DNA from: Rhodobacterales bacterium
GTDB taxonomy: Bacteria; Pseudomonadota; Alphaproteobacteria; Rhodobacterales; Rhodobacteraceae
NCBI GenBank assembly: GCA_031420215.1
Contig: JANOMH010000623.1
Coordinates: 1-38,470, forward strand
Direction: 5' to 3'
Length of the DNA stretch: 38,470 nt
The position numbers and the translations under genes are program-made. Below, piece after piece: positions 16,155 through 25,256 of the stretch. The notes beneath the pieces were generated by a model that searched no databases, was not told where the DNA came from, and saw nothing but the letters and a program-made list of their open reading frames with translations. Within the stretch, counting starts at the first letter, position 1. The number at the start of each line of letters is the position of its first letter.

Positions 16155-18245
16155 ATGACTGGCATGACCATTCGCAACATATTTCAACCGACCGTCTTGC
16201 TGGCCATTGCCCTGATGGCAGTGATTGTCATGATGGTTCTGCCGGTCCCGGCTTGGATCCTGGATGCGGGGCTGGCCGTGTCTTTCGCGCTGGCGATTCT
16301 GATGTTCACTGTGACACTGTTCATCGAGCGTCCCTTGGATTTCTCAGCCTTTCCAACGGTTTTGCTGGCCTCACTGATGTTGCGGCTGTCACTGAACGTG
16401 TCGTCGACCAAACTGATTATTGGTCAGGGCCATACCGGAACCGATGCGGCGGGGCATGTGATCGAAGGTTTTGCGATGTTCGTGATGGGCGGCAATGTCA
16501 TCGTTGGGCTGGTGGTATTCATCGTGCTGCTGATCGTCAATTTCGTGGTGATCAACAAAGGTGCGGCGCGGATGGCCGAAGTGGGCGCCCGGTTTGCCTT
16601 GGACGCAATGCCCGGCAAGCAATTGGCGATTGATGCCGATATGTCGGCCGGGGCGATTGACCATGCCGAAGCCAAGGCGCGGCGCGAGCTGGAACAGGCC
16701 GAAACCACATTCTTCGGCTCACTTGACGGGGCCAGCAAATTCGTCAAGGGCGATGCCGTGGCCGGCCTGTTGATCACCGCGATGAACCTTGTCGTCGGGC
16801 TGTTTGTCGGCATTTTCATGCATGGTTTGCCGATGGCCAAGGCGTTTGAGACCTATTCGATCCTGACTGTCGGCGATGGTCTGGTCAGCCAGATCCCGGC
16901 GGTCATCATCTCTATCGCTTCCGCGCTTTTGCTGGCGCGGGGTGGCCAAAAAGGTGCCACCGATCTGGCTATTGTCGCACAACTAGGCCGTTATCCGGCG
17001 GCTCTGGGCACGGTCGCCGTTCTGATGGCGCTTTTTGCCATTGTTCCCGGCATGCCCTTTATCCCATTCATCCTGGCTGCGGCGGTCCTGGGTTTTGCAA
17101 CATGGGTCATCCTCGACAAAAGGGCCAAGGCCCAACTGACCGGCGCCACAGGCAGCGACCCCAAATCACCGGCGGCCCCGCGTACTTCCTTGGGCGATTT
17201 GCTGGACCTTGATGATATTCATGTCGAATTTGCGCCAGATCTGGTCAGCATGGTGTTGGATGCGGGCACTGGGCTGGATGCGCGCATTGCCAATATGCGC
17301 AGCCATGTCGCCACAAATTTCGGGGTCTTGCTGCCGGAAATCCGATTGACAGACAACGCGAGCCTGCCCGCCGGAACCTATGTCATCCGGATTCTGGGGG
17401 TTGAACAAGTGCGCGACAGGTTGCGCCCGGGTCAGGTTTTGGCGCTCCTCTCATCGCCTGGCGGGGCCGATCTGGTGGGCGAGGATGTAAAAGAGCCGGT
17501 CTATGGCGCACCGGCCCGCTGGATCAGCCCGGACGCACAGGACGTGGCCGCCATGGCCGGGCTTACCACCGTCTGGCCCGCCGAAGTGTTGGCCACCCAT
17601 CTGCTCGAAGTGATCAAGCGCAACTTCCCGCGGCTGCTGACCCTCAAGGCGCTGCGCCGGTTGCTGGACGAGTTGGTCAATCTGACCGACCGCGCCCGTG
17701 CCGATGCAAACCGCAAGATGCTCGACGAGTTGATGCCTGACAAAGTGCCCGTCGACGTCTTGCTTTCCGTCTTGCGACTGCTGCTCGAAGAACGGGTGTC
17801 AATCCGCAATCTGCCACTTATTCTTGAATCCATTGCCGAAGGCCGGCAGGTCTATACCAGCGCCGAAGGTATCGCCGAGCATGTGCGCCAAAGGCTTGGC
17901 TTTCAGCTTGTGGCCGAGATGCGGCGCAGTGACGGGACGATCCCGCTGGTCCAGCTGGCCCCGGAATGGGAGGATATTTTCACCACCTATCAGATCAATT
18001 CCGACCGGGGCAGCGCCGATGTCGCCCTGCCGCCCGAAGATTTCAATCGTCTGGCTACAGCCATCGCCGACCGGCTGGCCCGAGCTTCGGACAACGGCAC
18101 ATATCCCGCTGTTGTAACCTCGATGCGGCGGCGGCGGTTCTTGCGGACGGTGCTGGCGGCAAAGGGCATTCCCAACCCGGTGCTCAGTTTCGAAGAGATC
18201 GGAATCAACGCCCGCCCAGCGCTGGTCGGCTTTGTGGCCGCATGA
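16155..18245 (+). CDS. flhA: flagellar export apparatus protein FlhA
   Basis: 696 aa. Has the FHIPEP-family N-terminal membrane domain (GNVIVGLVVFIVLLIVNFVVINKGAARMAEVGARFALDAMPGKQLAIDADM) and a large cytoplasmic C-domain. Confidence 0.95.
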   Translation: MTGMTIRNIFQPTVLLAIALMAVIVMMVLPVPAWILDAGLAVSFALAILMFTVTLFIERPLDFSAFPTVLLASLMLRLSLNVSSTKLIIGQGHTGTDAAGHVIEGFAMFVMGGNVIVGLVVFIVLLIVNFVVINKGAARMAEVGARFALDAMPGKQLAIDADMSAGAIDHAEAKARRELEQAETTFFGSLDGASKFVKGDAVAGLLITAMNLVVGLFVGIFMHGLPMAKAFETYSILTVGDGLVSQIPAVIISIASALLLARGGQKGATDLAIVAQLGRYPAALGTVAVLMALFAIVPGMPFIPFILAAAVLGFATWVILDKRAKAQLTGATGSDPKSPAAPRTSLGDLLDLDDIHVEFAPDLVSMVLDAGTGLDARIANMRSHVATNFGVLLPEIRLTDNASLPAGTYVIRILGVEQVRDRLRPGQVLALLSSPGGADLVGEDVKEPVYGAPARWISPDAQDVAAMAGLTTVWPAEVLATHLLEVIKRNFPRLLTLKALRRLLDELVNLTDRARADANRKMLDELMPDKVPVDVLLSVLRLLLEERVSIRNLPLILESIAEGRQVYTSAEGIAEHVRQRLGFQLVAEMRRSDGTIPLVQLAPEWEDIFTTYQINSDRGSADVALPPEDFNRLATAIADRLARASDNGTYPAVVTSMRRRRFLRTVLAAKGIPNPVLSFEEIGINARPALVGFVAA

Positions 18246-19024
18246 CGCTGGACCTCGCCCAAATGCTGCCTTTGGTCCAGACCGCGCTTTGGACCGGATT
18301 TGTCGTGTTTCTGCGGGTGGCGGCGATGTTGTCACTGGTCCCCGCCTTTGGCGAGCAATCTGTACCAGTGCGGGTCCGGCTGGCATTGGCTTTGGCCTTT
18401 ACGCTGATTGTTCTGCCTGCGGTCACCCCTTTGATCCCGGCTCTTCCGGCCCTCGCCCCGCAAACGGCCGGACTGATGGTGACCGAGGCCGCAAATGGGC
18501 TGTTGTTCGGTCTGATGCTGCGCTTTTTCATTCTGGCGCTGCAGATTGCCGGGGCGATTGCGGCTCAGTCGACTTCTTTATCACAGCTTTTCGGGGGGGC
18601 CGGGGGGGCAGAGCCGCAGCCGGCCATTGGCCATATTCTGATACTGGCGGCTCTTGCACTGGTCACAATCCTTGGGCTCCATGTCCGACTGGCGGCCTTT
18701 ATGATCCAAAGTTACGCGATTATCCCGCCCGGCACGCTACCCTCGCCTCAGGTCGTCGCCGATGCGGGCCTGCGCGAAGTGAGCCGGTGTTTCGGGCTGG
18801 GCTTTACCCTTGCCGCACCCTTTGTGATTGCCTCTCTGATCTATAACGTCACGCTCGGGGTCATAAACCGGGCAATGCCACAACTGATGGTGGCTTTTGT
18901 CGGCGCACCGGCCATCACCGCCGGCGGGCTGGTTTTGCTGCTGATTTCTGCGCCGATCATGCTCTCGGTCTGGAGCAGCGGGCTCTTTGCCTTCATGGAC
19001 GCCCCGTTTGGAGCCCTGCCATGA
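18242..19024 (+). CDS. fliR: flagellar export gate protein FliR
   Basis: The internal ATG at 18242 overlaps the flhA TGA (ATGA). This gives a 260-aa polytopic membrane protein beginning MTLDLAQMLPLVQTALWTGFVVFLRVAAMLSLVPAFGE. The longer track ORF (from 17966) runs inside flhA in another frame. Confidence 0.85.
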   Translation: MTLDLAQMLPLVQTALWTGFVVFLRVAAMLSLVPAFGEQSVPVRVRLALALAFTLIVLPAVTPLIPALPALAPQTAGLMVTEAANGLLFGLMLRFFILALQIAGAIAAQSTSLSQLFGGAGGAEPQPAIGHILILAALALVTILGLHVRLAAFMIQSYAIIPPGTLPSPQVVADAGLREVSRCFGLGFTLAAPFVIASLIYNVTLGVINRAMPQLMVAFVGAPAITAGGLVLLLISAPIMLSVWSSGLFAFMDAPFGALP

Positions 19025-20103
19025 GCGGTGAAGATGACGACGGCGACAAACCCTATGAACCCTCACAAAAGAAGCTGGATGATGCACGGGCCAAGGGCGA
19101 TGTGCCGCGTTCAGCCGATATCACCACCGCCGCCGGTTATGGTGGGTTTCTGCTGGCCGCTGTGGCCTTTGGCCCGGCGTCTCTGATCGGGTTGGGCTCC
19201 TCGCTCGCGGTGTTTCTGGATCAGGCCGATACCCTGTCAACCTCGGTTTTCGATGGGGCCGCAGCGCCGTTCGGCGGTGGGGCAATGCGGGCCATTGCCA
19301 CTGATCTGGCCCCTTGGTTTGCGATTCCGGCCCTGTTGTCACTGTTATCGATTCTGGCCCAACGCGGGATGATCTTTGCGCCCTCAAAGCTCGCTTTCAA
19401 ACTGTCGCGGATCAATCCGATAGCGGCGCTGGGCAACAAATTCGGGCGGGCCGGATTGTTCGAATTTGGCAAAAGTCTGCTGAAGCTTTGTATCTATGGC
19501 ACGGTTCTGTTCGTCTATCTGAACACCCAACTGCCGCGGATCATCGCATCGGTCAATCTGTCCGCTGCCATGGTTACTGTTGAAATCCTGCAGCTTTGTG
19601 TTGGGCTTTTGCTCATTGTGCTGGTGATTTCACTGGTTCTTGGGACATTGGACCTGGTGTTTCAATTCTTTGAACATAACCGCAAAAACATGATGTCCCG
19701 GCAGGAAATGATCGACGAGCACAAAGAGTCCGAGGGCGATCCGCATGTCAAACAACAGCGGCGTCAAAAGGCGATCGAAATCGCGATGAACAAGATGTTG
19801 ACCGAAGTGTCAAAGGCCGATGTGATCATCGTCAACCCGACCCATTTTGCCGTGGCGTTGAAATGGGACCGTAAATCGGCCCGTGCCCCGGTCTGCATCG
19901 CCAAAGGTGTTGATGAAATTGCCGCCCGGATCCGGGAAATTGCGGCCACTTCGGCGATTCCTGTCCATTCCGACCCGGCCACCGCCCGGGCCCTTTATGC
20001 TACTGTCAAAGTCGGCGAAGAGATCAGGCGCGACCATTATCGCGCTGTGGCGGCTGCCATTCGGTTTGCCGAAAACCTGCGCAAAAAAGCGGGACCGCGA
20101 TGA
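19021..20103 (+). CDS. flhB: flagellar export switch protein FlhB
   Basis: 360 aa. N-terminus KPYEPSQKKLDDARAKGDVPRSADI, four TM helices, and the conserved NPTH autocleavage motif (VIIVNPTHFAVALKW). ATGA overlap with fliR. Confidence 0.9.
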   Translation: MSGEDDDGDKPYEPSQKKLDDARAKGDVPRSADITTAAGYGGFLLAAVAFGPASLIGLGSSLAVFLDQADTLSTSVFDGAAAPFGGGAMRAIATDLAPWFAIPALLSLLSILAQRGMIFAPSKLAFKLSRINPIAALGNKFGRAGLFEFGKSLLKLCIYGTVLFVYLNTQLPRIIASVNLSAAMVTVEILQLCVGLLLIVLVISLVLGTLDLVFQFFEHNRKNMMSRQEMIDEHKESEGDPHVKQQRRQKAIEIAMNKMLTEVSKADVIIVNPTHFAVALKWDRKSARAPVCIAKGVDEIAARIREIAATSAIPVHSDPATARALYATVKVGEEIRRDHYRAVAAAIRFAENLRKKAGPR

Positions 20104-20492
20104 CGGCAGCCAAGGATCTGAAAGCGCTGACACAATTGACCGACGCGGCATTTGCGGCACAACAGGCAAAAATGGGGGCATTGCGGCAGGCTGCGCAGAA
20201 CTTGCGTGATAAACTTACCGCACTGGACGGGGCCCGCAAAGCCCGGGCTTTGTCCCTGACCGAGGCTGATCCGGCGCTTCTGGCCGGGGCTGACCTGCTC
20301 TGGCAGTCCTGGATCGAACAGCGACGGGCGGCTCTGAATGGTGAGCTGTCACGCAACCTGGTGGCGCAAGACAAAGCCCGCGCCGCACTTGCCCTGGCCT
20401 TTGGCCGCAATCAGGCAACCGAGGCGCTGGCCGCACGCGCCGCGCGGGATCGGATCATTGCCAAAACCCGCCGGGATGATGCTTCATCCTGA
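20100..20492 (+). CDS. hypothetical Ala/Arg/Leu-rich coiled-coil protein coupled to flhB (FliJ-like candidate)
   Basis: 130 aa, with ATGA overlap onto the flhB stop at 20100-20103. Predicted all-helical, with no TM segment. Confidence 0.6.
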   Translation: MTAAKDLKALTQLTDAAFAAQQAKMGALRQAAQNLRDKLTALDGARKARALSLTEADPALLAGADLLWQSWIEQRRAALNGELSRNLVAQDKARAALALAFGRNQATEALAARAARDRIIAKTRRDDASS

Positions 20493-20535
20493 CAGGCTGA
20501 TCGGTTGAACTATTCGGTTTGGCGCTGGGTTGCGC

Positions 20536-21105
20536 TCAGACATCCTGCCGGACAATATCGGTAATCAGCACATCATGGATCTGTTCACCGACCGCCTCTT
20601 GCCCGGCAAGCCGCAAGGCGCGGCGCAGACTGCGCATGTTTTCGGCACTGGTGAACATGCCGTCAAAGCCACCGGCATTGGCATGATCAAACAAGACCTG
20701 CAAAAACACATCGCGCATTTTCGGCTCATAGGTAAAGACCGCGTTTTGGGTGCCCACCGTGACCTCGACGCTGATTGTCAGGACCACCATCGATTTCACA
20801 GCCGCACCTTCGACCACCGGAACGACGAATTGGTTTGCCATCCGCACATATTCAAACCCGGTCGACGCCCCGGCATCCACCGGCTCGCCCTCGGTGGCGC
20901 CATGCGCCCCTTCTTCCGCCGGAAGATCGGCACCCTCAGCATCATGTGCGGCGACTTCGGTCATCACTTCGGCGGCAGGCATGTCACCACAAGGGCCCAG
21001 GGCCGCCACCTCTTCTGTCGCAGGGGGGGTCAGAAATATTCCGGCGCCAACCCCGCCGCCCACACCGAGCAGCAGTAAAATCAGCGGCAAAAGCAGTTTT
21101 TTCAT
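20536..21105 (-). CDS. FliL-family basal-body-associated protein (second paralogue)
   Basis: 189 aa. N-terminal TM helix (LLLPLILLLLGVGGGVGAGIFL), an acidic linker, then FEYVRMANQFVVPVVEGAAVKSMVVLTISVEV...MRDVFLQVLFD...DVLITDIVRQD, matching the FliL pattern. It is the last gene of the flgB operon. Confidence 0.6.
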   Translation of the reverse strand: MKKLLLPLILLLLGVGGGVGAGIFLTPPATEEVAALGPCGDMPAAEVMTEVAAHDAEGADLPAEEGAHGATEGEPVDAGASTGFEYVRMANQFVVPVVEGAAVKSMVVLTISVEVTVGTQNAVFTYEPKMRDVFLQVLFDHANAGGFDGMFTSAENMRSLRRALRLAGQEAVGEQIHDVLITDIVRQDV

Positions 21106-21117
21106 CGGGTCCGCCTT

Positions 21118-21858
21118 TCAGAATGGCAAAATGATATCGGCCGCCTGTTGGCCAAGGCGTGGTTGCTGGACGTCAGAAATCTGGCCACGCCCACCGTATG
21201 ACACGCGGGCCGAGGCGATCTTGTCATAGGTGATTTCATTCTGGCGGCTGATATCGGCTGGCCGCACAAACCCCGAAACGAGCAATTCGCGCAGTTCGAA
21301 ATTCACCCGGACCTCCTGGCTGCCTTCGATCTCCAGCACACCATTGGGCAGCACGTTGGTGATCGTTGCGGCCACCCTCAGGGTCAGCTGCTCATTGCGG
21401 CGGACCGACCCATTGCCTGAAAAATTGCTGGCCGAGCTGAGCGTCACACCGGGGTTCAACGATGTCCCGTCTGGCATGATTTCTTCGATTTGTTCTGGTA
21501 AACCCAGAAAATCCGGAATGCTCATCGCCTCGGACCCGGTGCGCCCCCGGTCGGAACTGTTCGAGATTTGGGCGGAATCATTGATCTCGATCACCACAGT
21601 CAGAATATCGCCCTGCTGCATCGCCCGCCGGTCCCCCAGCAGCGACCCGCGATCCCCGGTCCAGAGCGAGGCGGTATAGGCCGCCCTTTGCGGTGTCTCA
21701 TCGATGGTTTGTGGCAGGCCGTAAGTCATCATCGCGTTATGTTCGACGCCTGCGATCGGCGGGGTAAAGGCCGGGGCTTCTCCGATCTGCTGTAACCGGG
21801 CACATCCGGCGAGCGCAACAAGCAGGGCAAAGGCTACGGGCCGGCGCAAAAAGTGCAT
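21118..21858 (-). CDS. flgH: flagellar L-ring lipoprotein FlgH
   Basis: I chose the internal ATG at 21858 (MHFLRRPVAFALLVALAGCARL) because of its lipobox LAGC and an AAGGA SD upstream. C-terminus LPNGVLEIEGSQEVRVNFELRELLVSGFVRPADISRQNEITYDKIASARVSYGGRG. The track ORF extends to 21912. Confidence 0.85.
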   Translation of the reverse strand: MHFLRRPVAFALLVALAGCARLQQIGEAPAFTPPIAGVEHNAMMTYGLPQTIDETPQRAAYTASLWTGDRGSLLGDRRAMQQGDILTVVIEINDSAQISNSSDRGRTGSEAMSIPDFLGLPEQIEEIMPDGTSLNPGVTLSSASNFSGNGSVRRNEQLTLRVAATITNVLPNGVLEIEGSQEVRVNFELRELLVSGFVRPADISRQNEITYDKIASARVSYGGRGQISDVQQPRLGQQAADIILPF

Positions 21859-21868
21859 AGGACTGTCC

Positions 21869-22285
21869 TTAGTTTGAAACATACGCTGCCCCATCCGCAC
21901 CGATCCGGGCATTGACGGTGCTGCGCGACGTCAGGTTCATCACCTGAATCACATCGCCCGGCCCGGCCCGGTCCAACGCCCGACCTTCGGTTGAAATTAG
22001 CAGGTTTCCGTTCTGATAGATAAGCGTAATCAATTGGTTGCGGTCAACCGTTGCCGGGAACCCGACATCGCCGGGCTGGATTGGCCGATTGGCATAGAGC
22101 GCTACCCTTGCCTCCATCCCGATCAGCAAGTCGGGGTCCATTACGGCACCGGGCACCACGAGATCGCGCATCACCAGATCTTCGGGCGCAATGACGGTCT
22201 GTGGCCGGATAGTTCGCGCGGCGACCACGATATCGGCCTGCGCAACCCCGCACCAAACCACCAGTACCATCGAAAACCGCATCAT
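21869..22285 (-). CDS. flgA: flagellar P-ring assembly chaperone FlgA
   Basis: 138 aa. Signal peptide, then a SAF/FlgA-like domain (ARTIRPQTVIAPEDLVMRD...GMEARVALYANRPIQPGDV...DVIQVMNLTSRSTVNARI). ATGA overlap with flgG. Confidence 0.75.
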   Translation of the reverse strand: MMRFSMVLVVWCGVAQADIVVAARTIRPQTVIAPEDLVMRDLVVPGAVMDPDLLIGMEARVALYANRPIQPGDVGFPATVDRNQLITLIYQNGNLLISTEGRALDRAGPGDVIQVMNLTSRSTVNARIGADGAAYVSN

Positions 22286-23067
22286 CGGATTTGCACCATG
22301 GCGCCCAGCATCTGATCGGCCGCACTGATGACTTTCGAATTCAGTTCATAACCACGCTGCGCCTCGATCAGATCGGTGATTTCCTTGACCGGATCGACGC
22401 TGCTATCCTCCAGATACCCCTGGCGCAGAACGCCCAACCCCTCTTGCCCCGGCGTGGCGACCGCAGAAGGGCCAGAGGCAGGCGTTTCCAGATACAGGTC
22501 GGACCCGATAGCCTCCAGTCCGCGTGGGTTGATAAAACCCGACAGGCTGAACTGGCCCAGTAACTCCGGCTCGGTCCGATCACTAAAGAACGCATAGACC
22601 TCGCCTTCGGCATTGATCGACACCGACCTGGTTTCACGCGGGATGGTGATGCCAGGGGCCACTTCATAGCCGTCATTGGTGACAATCAGCCCATCGCCGG
22701 TCAGTTTCAGCGCGCCGTCGCGGGTAAAGGCGGCGCGGCCGTCCGGCAACGTCACCTCAAGATACCCCTCGCCTTCGATCCCGACATCAAGGTCACCACC
22801 GGTTGCGGCCAATGCCCCCTGCCCAAGCAATGGCGACACCGCCGTGGCCCGCACCCCCAGCCCCAATTGCACCCCTACCGGCAACACCGTCCCGTCCGAG
22901 GCGTTGATCGTGCCGGGCCGCGCAATCTGCTGATAATGCAAGTCGGCAAATTCCGCCCGGCGCGGGCTGTAGGCGGTCGTGTTCATATTGGCGAGGTTGT
23001 TGGAAATCACCTCGACCCGCATCTGCTGCGCGGTCATCCCGGCGGCGGCAATCTGCAAAGCGCGCAT
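22282..23067 (-). CDS. flgG: flagellar distal rod protein FlgG
   Basis: 261 aa. Begins MRALQIAAAGMTAQQMRVEVISNNLANMNTTAY and ends VKEITDLIEAQRGYELNSKVISAADQMLGAMVQI. Confidence 0.9.
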   Translation of the reverse strand: MRALQIAAAGMTAQQMRVEVISNNLANMNTTAYSPRRAEFADLHYQQIARPGTINASDGTVLPVGVQLGLGVRATAVSPLLGQGALAATGGDLDVGIEGEGYLEVTLPDGRAAFTRDGALKLTGDGLIVTNDGYEVAPGITIPRETRSVSINAEGEVYAFFSDRTEPELLGQFSLSGFINPRGLEAIGSDLYLETPASGPSAVATPGQEGLGVLRQGYLEDSSVDPVKEITDLIEAQRGYELNSKVISAADQMLGAMVQIR

Positions 23068-23088
23068 ATCTGTGCTCCTGTCGTTCGG

Positions 23089-23805
23089 TTAACGGCCCAG
23101 CGCCTTAATGACGCCGCGAATGCGTTCATCTTCTTTGTCAATAAAGCTTTGGCCCAGTTCATAGGCGCGCTGCACTTCGATCATCCGGCTGACTTGCAGG
23201 ATTGGATCGACGTTGGATTCCTCTAGGAATCCTTGCAGCATTTTTCCATCCAGCGCTGGTTCGGTGCCCGCATCGGCCCGGAACCGGACGCCATCTTCGC
23301 GGATCATGCCTGCCATATCGACCGGCATAAATATCCCGATCTGTCCGATGGGCGACCCATCGGCCGAGATTGTGCCATCGGCGGCAATCGCTATCGGCCC
23401 GGTCCCTTGCGGCACAAATACCGGCGCACCGCCGCCATCCAGCACCGGATATCCCTCCATCGTGACCAGATCGCCGTTTTCATTCGGCGAGAAACTGCCC
23501 GCCCTGGTCAACCGTTGCCCACCGGGGGCTTGCACCATGAAAAACCCCTCGCCCTGAATCGCCAGATCAAACGGCCCGCCAGTCATCGCCAGTGCCCCCT
23601 GCGATTGTAGGGTCTCGCGCACCCGTGCGGCGGCCATCGACAATGACGGGGCTCCGGGGCCCAGATCGTCGATATATTCCGAAAAGATCACCCCTTCGGA
23701 CCGGTAACCGGTCGTCGACGCATTGGCGATATTGTTTGCCACGCTGCGCATTTCGCGCAGCAGGCCGGATTGCCGGGTCAGGGCGGCATAGGTTGCATTG
23801 TCCAT
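23089..23805 (-). CDS. flgF: flagellar proximal rod protein FlgF
   Basis: 238 aa. N-terminus YAALTRQSGLLREMRSVANNIANASTTGYR and C-terminus ILQVSRMIEVQRAYELGQSFI. Sits upstream of flgG. Confidence 0.85.
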   Translation of the reverse strand: MDNATYAALTRQSGLLREMRSVANNIANASTTGYRSEGVIFSEYIDDLGPGAPSLSMAAARVRETLQSQGALAMTGGPFDLAIQGEGFFMVQAPGGQRLTRAGSFSPNENGDLVTMEGYPVLDGGGAPVFVPQGTGPIAIAADGTISADGSPIGQIGIFMPVDMAGMIREDGVRFRADAGTEPALDGKMLQGFLEESNVDPILQVSRMIEVQRAYELGQSFIDKEDERIRGVIKALGR

Positions 23806-23808
23806 CTG

Positions 23809-24075
23809 TCAGCCTCCGGCAATGATCGGGATCAGGGTTTTCTGGAAATAAGTGACCAGAGTTTCAGTCATGAACCCCATCGAGGCCCAGAACACGATCA
23901 GGATCGCGGCCACTTTGGGCACAAAAGTCAGGGTCATTTCCTGAATCGAAGTCAGCGCCTGAAACAGGCCAACAATCAGGCCCGCGACCAAAGCCACGGT
24001 CAGGATTGGCAGTGACATGATCACCGCAATCCATAGCCCGGCCCGCAAGACATCAAAGAACTGCCCCTGATCCAT
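23809..24075 (-). CDS. fliQ: flagellar export gate protein FliQ
   Basis: 88 aa with two TM helices. Contains LPILTVALVAGLIVGLFQALTSIQEMTLTFVPK. Confidence 0.9.
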   Translation of the reverse strand: MDQGQFFDVLRAGLWIAVIMSLPILTVALVAGLIVGLFQALTSIQEMTLTFVPKVAAILIVFWASMGFMTETLVTYFQKTLIPIIAGG

Positions 24076-24078
24076 CGC

Positions 24079-24375
24079 TTACACGGGCATCCGCAGGATT
24101 TCCTGATAGGCCTCGACCACCTTGTTGCGGATCGTCACCGCGGTTTCGACCGCCAGTTCGGTCTGCGCCAAAGCCTGCACAAGCGCATGCGGGTCGGCGT
24201 CCGAGGTCATCGCGGCCATCGCGGTCTGTTCAGAATTCTGCAAGGTCGCGGCGAAATCCGCCGCCGCATTGCCCAACATGCCGCCCAGACCACTGCCCGC
24301 CTGCGGGGCAGTAGCGGCCCGTGAAGCGGCGTAGCGGTCAGCAATCAGATTTGTATTCAGGACCATTCTGGTCAC
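24079..24375 (-). CDS. fliE: flagellar hook-basal body complex protein FliE
   Basis: 98 aa. C-terminus ELAVETAVTIRNKVVEAYQEILRMPV is typical of FliE. Confidence 0.85.
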   Translation of the reverse strand: MTRMVLNTNLIADRYAASRAATAPQAGSGLGGMLGNAAADFAATLQNSEQTAMAAMTSDADPHALVQALAQTELAVETAVTIRNKVVEAYQEILRMPV

Positions 24376-24378
24376 TCC

Positions 24379-24771
24379 TTATTTGCGTAAAAGATCCATC
24401 AGGCCCTGCTGCATTTGCCGGATCTGATCGAACATTTTCAGGTTAGCTTCGTAACTGCGCTGCGCCTCGCGGGCATCAGCGATTTCCAGCAAGAGATTGA
24501 CATTGGTCCCTTGGTAATTGCCGTTTGAATCCGCCAGCGGATGCGACGGGTCGTACATCGTTTCCAGTTCGGATTGATCAAGACGCATTGGCCCGGTGGT
24601 CACCGCGCCCGACGTACGGCCCTGATCGATTTCCTCTTCAAAACTCACGGTTTTGCGATGATAGCCGGGGGTATCGGTATTGGCGATATTCTCGGACACG
24701 TAGCGCAGCCGCTGCGCCTGGGCGCGCATACCGCTGGTGGCTACGGTTAGGGCTTGGGAAAAATCCGTCAT
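24379..24771 (-). CDS. flgC: flagellar proximal rod protein FlgC
   Basis: 130 aa. Contains SGMRAQAQRLRYVSENIANTDTPGYHRK and REAQRSYEANLKMFDQIRQM. Confidence 0.9.
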   Translation of the reverse strand: MTDFSQALTVATSGMRAQAQRLRYVSENIANTDTPGYHRKTVSFEEEIDQGRTSGAVTTGPMRLDQSELETMYDPSHPLADSNGNYQGTNVNLLLEIADAREAQRSYEANLKMFDQIRQMQQGLMDLLRK

Positions 24772-24773
24772 CT

Positions 24774-25154
24774 TCAGCGCCCCAACGACGTGCGCAGAAT
24801 GCCCAGCGCATGTTTATAGATCGCCAGCGCCCGGCTGTGTTCGCGGGCGACTTCGACCCCGTTCAGCATCTCGGTTTCCAATGACACCGAATTGCCATTG
24901 GGCGAGGGTTCCTCGTCAGTCAGTTCCGGACGGGCCGCTGCAGGGCTAAAGTCCGGCTGCACATGCCCCGGACGGGTGCTGCGCATGACCTGACTGCTGT
25001 CCGGCGCATAGGCCTGCGAAAACGGCGCAATTGCCCGCGCCCTGTAGCCCGGCGTATCGGCATTGGCGATATTCCCGGCCACCACGGCTTGCCGTGCGCC
25101 GGCATGCCGGGCCATCGCCGCGGCAGTCCGAAAAACATCCAAAGATTCGTACAT
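24774..25154 (-). CDS. flgB: flagellar proximal rod protein FlgB
   Basis: Contains GNIANADTPGYRARAI. I prefer the ATG at 25154 (MYESLDVF...), which is preceded by a GAGGGAGA SD. The track ORF starts 27 nt further upstream, at 25181. Confidence 0.85.
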   Translation of the reverse strand: MYESLDVFRTAAAMARHAGARQAVVAGNIANADTPGYRARAIAPFSQAYAPDSSQVMRSTRPGHVQPDFSPAAARPELTDEEPSPNGNSVSLETEMLNGVEVAREHSRALAIYKHALGILRTSLGR

Positions 25155-25256
25155 CGGGGCTTCTCCCTCGATTGGTTTCAACCAAGGCTTAACTGTGATT
25201 CTTTAAGAAGGCGTTGCCGGGTTCGTTAATGCGGCGCACGCCAGAGGGGCCAAGCA

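Noticed and set aside
17966-18241. N-terminal extension of the fliR ORF
   Set aside because: It lies inside flhA in another frame. The ATG at 18242 gives a normal-length FliR and an ATGA junction with flhA.
21023-21029. Isolated G7/C7 tracts (also at 30271-30277 in gshA and 34514-34520 in rsmE) as phase-variation switches
   Set aside because: They occur in essential housekeeping genes as well, so single 7-mers look like a compositional feature of this GC-rich genome rather than contingency loci.
25189-25206. TTAA-N10-TTAA (CTTAA...TTAAG palindrome) in the flgB/fliI divergent region as a CtrA box
   Set aside because: The spacer is 10 nt rather than the canonical 7. It may still be a binding site for something, but it does not fit the CtrA consensus, so I do not call it.
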